64,000 bases of DNA from Nitrosopumilaceae archaeon. Its GTDB lineage: Archaea; Thermoproteota; Nitrososphaeria; Nitrososphaerales; Nitrosopumilaceae. Positions 58,337-64,000 of this stretch are shown here, in pieces; positions within the stretch are counted from its first letter, which is position 1, and the number at the start of each line of letters is the position of its first letter. The translations under genes and the position numbers were made by a program. The DNA lies in contig JBQTHX010000055.1 in the NCBI GenBank assembly GCA_052389415.1, positions 31,714-95,713 on the forward strand, written 5' to 3'. Below the pieces are notes generated by a model that was given only the letters and a program-made list of their open reading frames with translations, did no database searches and was not told where the DNA came from.

Positions 58337-58417
58337 GCTTTAGGTATAAAGGCGTTCTATTTATTAATTAAAATCCAAAATACGAAAGGATAATTTTGGG
58401 CAGGTGATAGATTTGTC

Positions 58418-58906
58418 GTGTTAAGCTCAACATCAATTATAGGAAATATTTTTTCGGAAAATGGATCGCAAATTCTAAAGGGAAAAACATTCGAAAAACT
58501 ACCCATATTACGTCACGATTTAGAGAAAAACAGACTTCGCAAGACAACTGAGAAAGGCACGGAAATTGCAATAATATTGGAACGAGGTTCCAAATTACAA
58601 CATGGCGATATTCTAAAATATGATACAAATTTTGTTGTGATTGAGCAAATTCCAGAAAAAGTCATTACAGTAAGAACAAAGAAAACTGAAGACTCCTTTG
58701 AATTGCTTGTATTGTTGGGCCACATAATTGGAAATAGACACCGTCCGATTTCATTAGAGGGTGGTTCAGTAACATTTCCAATACAGGCGGAATCTGAATT
58801 AGGGGTCTTTGAGAAACTCTTTGCACCCATAATAGACAAAATTGAAATGAGTGTTGAAGAGAAAATCTACAAACCAGATGAGAGGATGAATGTTCACGAA
58901 CATTGA
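58418..58906 (+). CDS. ureE: Urease accessory protein UreE
   Basis: LQHGD, GHIIGNRH, C-terminal HEH. Confidence 0.9.
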   Translation: MLSSTSIIGNIFSENGSQILKGKTFEKLPILRHDLEKNRLRKTTEKGTEIAIILERGSKLQHGDILKYDTNFVVIEQIPEKVITVRTKKTEDSFELLVLLGHIIGNRHRPISLEGGSVTFPIQAESELGVFEKLFAPIIDKIEMSVEEKIYKPDERMNVHEH

Positions 58907-59594
58907 TGACATGTGTAAAGATTTGGGAATGATGCAGATATCAGACTCGTTCTTTCCCACAGGTCTATATGCTAATTCAAGTGGCCTTGAAAGTATTTTT
59001 CAAAATAATAAAAAAATTACACATCTTGAAGTTGGAAAAATTATTGAAACTCAACTAAAACAACAAATTGGTCCAACAGACTTGATAGTGATGGAAAATG
59101 CATTGAGATTTGCAAGTGCAAAAGAATTTGACACGATATTAGAACTTGATATGAAAACTAACTCAATAAAAAACATCAAGGAATTCAGAGAAGCCTCCAA
59201 TAGATCAGGAATCCAATTAGTAAGGTGCGTCAGAGAATTTATCAAAGATGAAATTATTGAAGAATATCTGAAATTTCATCATGCAGGAATGATTGGTGGA
59301 GCATATCCGGTTTGCTTTGGTCTATGTGTCAATGCCTTGGGAATTAGTCCTCAAAAGGCAGGGTTGATGTTTCTCTACGGTTTTACAGTAAGCGTTGTTG
59401 GTGCAGCGTCAAGAATGGGAATAACTCAACATTACCAGAATCAAAAAATAATTCATGACCTGAAACCATTAATTTCTCAAATTGTAAGCGAATGTTTAGA
59501 TAAATCTACAAGAGAGATTTGGCAATTTGCACCTCATCTAGAGATTTTACAAATGCAGCATGAAAGAATGGATTCTAAAATGTTTATTACATAA
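58890..59594 (+). CDS. ureF: Urease accessory protein UreF
   Basis: SDSFFPTGLYA.SSGLE, C-terminal HERMDSKMFIT. Confidence 0.92.
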   Translation: MFTNIDDMCKDLGMMQISDSFFPTGLYANSSGLESIFQNNKKITHLEVGKIIETQLKQQIGPTDLIVMENALRFASAKEFDTILELDMKTNSIKNIKEFREASNRSGIQLVRCVREFIKDEIIEEYLKFHHAGMIGGAYPVCFGLCVNALGISPQKAGLMFLYGFTVSVVGAASRMGITQHYQNQKIIHDLKPLISQIVSECLDKSTREIWQFAPHLEILQMQHERMDSKMFIT

Positions 59595-59611
59595 ACAAAG
59601 TGATTTGAAAG

Positions 59612-60274
59612 ATGACTAACAGAATACCAAGATTGGGGATTGGAGGACCAGTAGGTTCTGGCAAAAGCATGTTAATTGAGAGAGTAGTTCCAGTATTGGC
59701 ATCCAAAGGATATAGCATCAGTATAATTTCAAATGATGTAATTTCAAAAGAAGATGCAGACAGAATGAGAAAAAACCTAGCAACTGATAGAGGCCTATTA
59801 CCAGAAAATCTTGTCATCGGTATTGCTACAGGGGGATGTCCACACACTGCAATTAGAGAGGACCCCTCAATCAATATTTCAGTAATAGAAGAAATTGAAA
59901 AAAAACATCCTGAGTTAGATCTTATCATAATAGAAAGTGGGGGGGACAACATCACAACCACCTTTAGTCCAAGCCTTGCAGATTATTCCATTTACATAAT
60001 TGATGTTGCCGGGGGAGACAAGTATCCAAGAAAAAGTGGCCTTGGGATAGAAAGTTGTGACCTCCTTGTGATAAATAAGATCGATCTTGCGCCTTATGTG
60101 GGTGCAGACCTTAATGTGATGGAGCAAGATGCCTTACGTATTCGCAAAGACAGACCTTATGTTTTTGTCAATTGTAAAAATAACACCGGAATAGACGAGT
60201 TATCAGAATACATAATCAAGGACCTTCTTTTTGATAGTCCGCCAAAGGTAACACTGTCGAATAGGCAGAAATAG
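59612..60274 (+). CDS. ureG: Urease accessory GTPase UreG
   Basis: GGPVGSGKS, GGCPH, ESGGDN, NKID. Confidence 0.96.
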   Translation: MTNRIPRLGIGGPVGSGKSMLIERVVPVLASKGYSISIISNDVISKEDADRMRKNLATDRGLLPENLVIGIATGGCPHTAIREDPSINISVIEEIEKKHPELDLIIIESGGDNITTTFSPSLADYSIYIIDVAGGDKYPRKSGLGIESCDLLVINKIDLAPYVGADLNVMEQDALRIRKDRPYVFVNCKNNTGIDELSEYIIKDLLFDSPPKVTLSNRQK

Positions 60275-60281
60275 AAGAAAT

Positions 60282-61202
60282 ATGGATTTTTCAAATACAG
60301 CAGAAACATCAGTTGAAGAGATTCAACATGATGAAGAGATAGAACAGCTTGGGGCAGACAAGCCTGGAAAAATTGGTAAACTGAAAATAGTTTTGGATGA
60401 AGAATCCTCCTCTGGAAGAACTAGAATAAAGAAAAAGGAATCCGCATTTCCACTTAGTGTTCAAAAGGAAATGTATTATGATCACTTCCAACCCAAGATG
60501 ACTCATGTCTACATGGTCTCCAGCTCTGGTGGACTTTTACAAGGAGACCGATACATCATTGATATAATTTTAAAAAAAAATGCACTTGCACACCTTACAA
60601 CTCAGGGAGCTACAAGAATATACAGTATGAATGTAAGTAACGCAATTCAGGTGGTGAATGTATCACTTGATGATGGTGCTTATCTGGAGTACATTCCAGA
60701 CCAAATAATCCCCTACAAAAATTCTAGATTTTATCAGGAGATGAACTTTAAAGTGCATGATAATGCCTCTATGATTTACTCTGAGATCATAAGTCCGGGA
60801 AGAGTTGGCATGGGGGAGCTTTTTGATTATGACATATGTTATTTCAGGTCGACGGGAAGAAATCACAAGGATGAATTAAGATTTACAGATTTTACTAAAA
60901 TTGAACCAAAAAAAATGAATTTACAGGACTTTGTATTATTGGATCAAAAACAAATTATAGGAACCATATACATTCTAGCAAAAACAAAGGATATAGAAAA
61001 GATAATTCAAACTTTAGAGAATGAGATTAAAAGTTCTGCAGAACTCGAGAGCGGATGGTCTACAATGGTAAAAGAAAATGGAATCCTAATACGAATTCTT
61101 GGTAATACTACCAGAGATGTTTTCCGATTGGTTTACAACACAACAAAAATAGTTAGAAAGATTGTACTTAATTCGGATTTTCATGAAATACGGAAAACCT
61201 GA
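60282..61202 (+). CDS. ureD: Urease accessory protein UreD
   Basis: SSGGLLQGD, TTQGATRIY, PGR..GE.F; C-terminal RK. Confidence 0.92.
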   Translation: MDFSNTAETSVEEIQHDEEIEQLGADKPGKIGKLKIVLDEESSSGRTRIKKKESAFPLSVQKEMYYDHFQPKMTHVYMVSSSGGLLQGDRYIIDIILKKNALAHLTTQGATRIYSMNVSNAIQVVNVSLDDGAYLEYIPDQIIPYKNSRFYQEMNFKVHDNASMIYSEIISPGRVGMGELFDYDICYFRSTGRNHKDELRFTDFTKIEPKKMNLQDFVLLDQKQIIGTIYILAKTKDIEKIIQTLENEIKSSAELESGWSTMVKENGILIRILGNTTRDVFRLVYNTTKIVRKIVLNSDFHEIRKT

Positions 61203-61246
61203 GAAGGAACCATTCAGGCTAGTTCAGATGTTCAGCAATTGAATTT

Positions 61247-62011
61247 CTAATTAATATTTAGTCCAAAAAAACTTCCACTCGATACAATATTGTATAAAAT
61301 GTCAACACCAATTATGATACTTAGTGTTCCAACCAAATAACGTAAAATCTTGTTAATTCTTTCAGAATAATGTGTAATTGAGAACGGCAATCCTATAGCG
61401 CTGCTTATCAACATCATACCGACAATTGATCCTATTCCAAAAACTAGTACAAATGATAAAATAGTTTGCAAGTCATGTAATGTTGAAAGTGTCAAAACCA
61501 CTAGGCTTCCACTTCCAGCTAATCCATGTATACAACCAATAATGTATGATTTGTGCCCATGACTATGTTCCTTGTCGTGTGCATGAGGGTGTGTATGAAT
61601 GACACCATCATTATGAGCATGAGTGTGAATGTGTTTTTCTCCAACTAACTTTCTATTAAGATATGTAAAAAGTCCAAGAATCACAAGCATTATGCCCACT
61701 CCAAATTCAAATTTACTAAACATTTCAATTGGAATATTCATTGAGAATACAAAAATTAACAAACTTACAATAATTAGTGAAGAAGTATGTCCAGCTCCCC
61801 ATAATGCACCTAGAAATGAACTTTTAACGGCACCTGAACCAATTTGACGAAAAACTGACACAGATTTTTTTTGTGATGATTTTGAAACTTGTGTACTCAC
61901 CGCAGCTACGTGATCAGGTTCAAAGGCGTGAAAGAGACCTATTGTGAATCCAGCGACTAGTACAAAGAAAGGAGTTGCCGTCGGAAGTTGGTTGATTAAT
62001 TCTTCTATCAT
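61247..62011 (-). CDS. Nickel transporter, UreH/NiCoT-like
   Basis: HAFEPDH, GAGHT, His-rich loop, IHGLAGSG. Confidence 0.85.
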   Translation of the reverse strand: MIEELINQLPTATPFFVLVAGFTIGLFHAFEPDHVAAVSTQVSKSSQKKSVSVFRQIGSGAVKSSFLGALWGAGHTSSLIIVSLLIFVFSMNIPIEMFSKFEFGVGIMLVILGLFTYLNRKLVGEKHIHTHAHNDGVIHTHPHAHDKEHSHGHKSYIIGCIHGLAGSGSLVVLTLSTLHDLQTILSFVLVFGIGSIVGMMLISSAIGLPFSITHYSERINKILRYLVGTLSIIIGVDILYNIVSSGSFFGLNIN

Positions 62012-62028
62012 AGTTTTTGACCTTTAAT

Positions 62029-62418
62029 TCACGTAGTTTTTAGAATATAATCTGAAATTTTTATGGGTGTGTCTAGAACAATAAGTTTCATAGATTCATC
62101 ATCAAGTGTTACCTCAAAAGATACTTTTCTCAGAGTTTCAGGAACTCCGATCATTACCTGTTCTGGACTTAAGAGGCAAGACGCATTTTTCTGAATTTGT
62201 TCAATTGGTTTACCTTTACGAAGTTCAGAAACTATCAACGCAGAGTAAACAGTAAGAGCTTCATTGATATTGATTTTAAGATTTCTGTTCAGCCTTTCTT
62301 TTATCATAATTGCCGAGTTAACGAAAACTTCTTCATCAGTTTTTGTAGAATATTGATAAATTCTTGTAAAAGGAGAAATGTCAGGCTCCCCCTTTACCGT
62401 TATTTTGATGTGGATCAA
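62029..62418 (-). CDS. Orphan urease-gamma-like domain protein with N-terminal extension
   Basis: RNLKININEA...ELRKGK...LSPEQVMIGVPE..RKVSFE aligns with Ure[11 protein letters not shown]...GARDGK...[18 protein letters not shown]. Confidence 0.75.
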   Translation of the reverse strand: MIHIKITVKGEPDISPFTRIYQYSTKTDEEVFVNSAIMIKERLNRNLKININEALTVYSALIVSELRKGKPIEQIQKNASCLLSPEQVMIGVPETLRKVSFEVTLDDESMKLIVLDTPIKISDYILKTT

Positions 62419-63533
62419 TCCCGCTTTGGAATTTGTGGACGTGGACCATCACTAAAGTGATATGTGTTTCCAGTTCCACGGTAATTGTGTGGTCGTACAG
62501 GATCACCATCTTGTAAACCTCTCTTTGTAAGAGACAAACCAGCTAATAGTTCTATAATGAGTCTTTGTCCAAGTCCAGATGTGATACCTCCATTGTACGA
62601 ACTACTGTCACTTACATCGTAAGCAGGAGCTACTTCCACAAGATCCATTGCGAATGTATTAGGATCGAATGATTTTGATAATAATCTTACCATTCGAATT
62701 CCCTCTCTTGATGTAAGACCATTTGGTTCTGGCTCACCTGTCCCTGGGGCATAAGAAGGATCAAAAGAGTCTATATCCCAACTTAGGTAAACTGCATCGG
62801 TTCCGTCATTAGCTCTATCTGCTATCTCCTTTGCAATCATGTCAATTCCCAATTCTTCAACATCTAGCATTGTAAACCATTGGAAATCTTGATCTGCCAT
62901 CCATTTATACAAATCACGTCCTGGCCAATATCCTCTAGGTCCTACCAAAGTGTAGTTTTTTCCTTTCAAACAACCCATTTCCATTATTCTTCGAATGTGT
63001 GCTCCATGATCATACTTGTAACCTGTAAGGCCTTGCGGCGCACAATCTGCGTGAGTATCAAAGTGAATCATGCCTATATTTTTATATTTTTTAGCAAATG
63101 CACGAACATTAGCAAATGTAATCGAGTGATCTCCACCTAGCATGACAGGAATCCCTTCTGCGTCAAGAACTTCCTTGACTTTTTTTGTCATTCTTTTGTG
63201 TGATTCGATTACATCTCCAGGTGAAACTTGTACGTCTCCATAATCAACAGTTCTAAAGGTCCCAAAAGGATCTGCTCCTGTCTCAATATTAAACCGCTCA
63301 TATGGTGGCGAGGGAATGGTAGATGCGGCACGAATTGCACGTGGTCCATAACGTGCACCTGGACGGATCGTGGTCCCAAAATCAAATGGCTCACCTATAA
63401 TTGCAACATCGGGTTTTGCATTAATTAGTTCTTGATGCGATCTTATCCATGGCAAATGTAAGAATGTGTTGATGCCAACAAATGGTGCAACATCTGCGCC
63501 GTTGTAATCATCACCATAAAATTCCATGCCCAT
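62415..63533 (-). CDS. Ureohydrolase (agmatinase/guanidino-hydrolase, arginase superfamily)
   Basis: RPGARYGP, GGDHS, DTHAD, SWDIDSFDP..APGTG, DLVEVAP. Confidence 0.9.
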   Translation of the reverse strand: MGMEFYGDDYNGADVAPFVGINTFLHLPWIRSHQELINAKPDVAIIGEPFDFGTTIRPGARYGPRAIRAASTIPSPPYERFNIETGADPFGTFRTVDYGDVQVSPGDVIESHKRMTKKVKEVLDAEGIPVMLGGDHSITFANVRAFAKKYKNIGMIHFDTHADCAPQGLTGYKYDHGAHIRRIMEMGCLKGKNYTLVGPRGYWPGRDLYKWMADQDFQWFTMLDVEELGIDMIAKEIADRANDGTDAVYLSWDIDSFDPSYAPGTGEPEPNGLTSREGIRMVRLLSKSFDPNTFAMDLVEVAPAYDVSDSSSYNGGITSGLGQRLIIELLAGLSLTKRGLQDGDPVRPHNYRGTGNTYHFSDGPRPQIPKRD

Positions 63534-63801
63534 TTTGTATCTACTTTGTTACCACAATTGAATAATTAAACATTCTAAGTAAACTACGTATTTTATTTAC
63601 TAATTTAAAAAAGAAATCTAAACATACAGATGAATCATAAACAGGTACGTGTAACTTACATTCCTAAATCTATTTTATTCATCCAAAATTTCTCTTTAAA
63701 GGAATTACGGTCTGCACAAGATCGCAATTACAGAACTTCAATATTAAAACTAGAATCAATTAATGTCAGAAATAATTTCATAAAAATTTTTATACCTTTA
63801 G

Positions 63802-64000
63802 ATGGACCACAAAGATATGGCAAGAGTCAGTTCAAAAGAAGATATCGAACGAGAATCTAAAAGAGTAATTTCTGCTCTGTACGGAAATGTGACTGATTTT
63901 CGAGTCAATGAAACGTTTCAAATTCCTGAAAAAGGACCAAGAGAAGCATGGGATGTTCAAGTCAATTTCATGCGAGACGATCTAAAATACACAGTGGATC
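63802..64000 (+). CDS. Hypothetical protein, runs off the window's right edge
   Basis: Open frame from ATG 63802: MDHKDMARVSSKEDIERESKRVISALYGNVTDFRVNETFQIPEKGPREAWDVQVNF... Confidence 0.6.
   Translation, partial: MDHKDMARVSSKEDIERESKRVISALYGNVTDFRVNETFQIPEKGPREAWDVQVNFMRDDLKYTVD

Noticed and set aside
62415-63533. Definite guanidinase call or an upstream guanidine riboswitch
   Set aside because: The motifs establish only the ureohydrolase family. No HypA/HypB-type accessory genes are adjacent within the window, and I could not recognise a riboswitch consensus in the AT-rich upstream region.
63630-63860. 76-aa ORF upstream of the terminal gene
   Set aside because: No motif, AT-rich promoter-like region, and it overlaps the better ORF starting at 63802 in another frame.

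Overview
AT-rich archaeal chromosome segment from an ammonia-oxidising archaeon (Nitrososphaerota/Thaumarchaeota, Nitrosopumilales-like). The assignment rests on the 4-hydroxybutyryl-CoA dehydratase plus ADP-forming ligase pair of the 3HP/4HB cycle, MCM/GINS/RFC/Hel308, archaeal ribosomal proteins, five tRNAs and a complete urease cluster. There are two tyrosine-integrase elements, each at a tRNA-Ala 3' end. The first is the right end of an element at tRNA-Ala(GGC) (1-~2723). The second is a complete ~15.9 kb element at tRNA-Ala(CGC) (30865-46737), bounded by a perfect 20-bp att direct repeat. The most striking signal lies inside this second element. A 17-bp 'arm' motif occurs inverted next to attL and direct next to attR, and it recurs three more times internally (38337, 43348, 44140). 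The 44140 copy is part of a 99-bp 95%-identical repeat and ends in the 3' end of a different tRNA. These internal sites cut the cargo into modules: a replicon plus a nuclease pair, an iRadA-PPB2x2-PolB2-DUF72 damage-tolerance cassette, a membrane protein, and surface proteins. This suggests an integron-like, att-driven gene-accretion system. Other notable items are a RHH-Zn finger-Rep_trans-like putative replicon, a candidate two-gene defence system, a DUF72 pseudogene, and a ureohydrolase coupled to an orphan urease-gamma-like gene beside the urease operon. All calls come from reading the sequence by eye; no searches were run.
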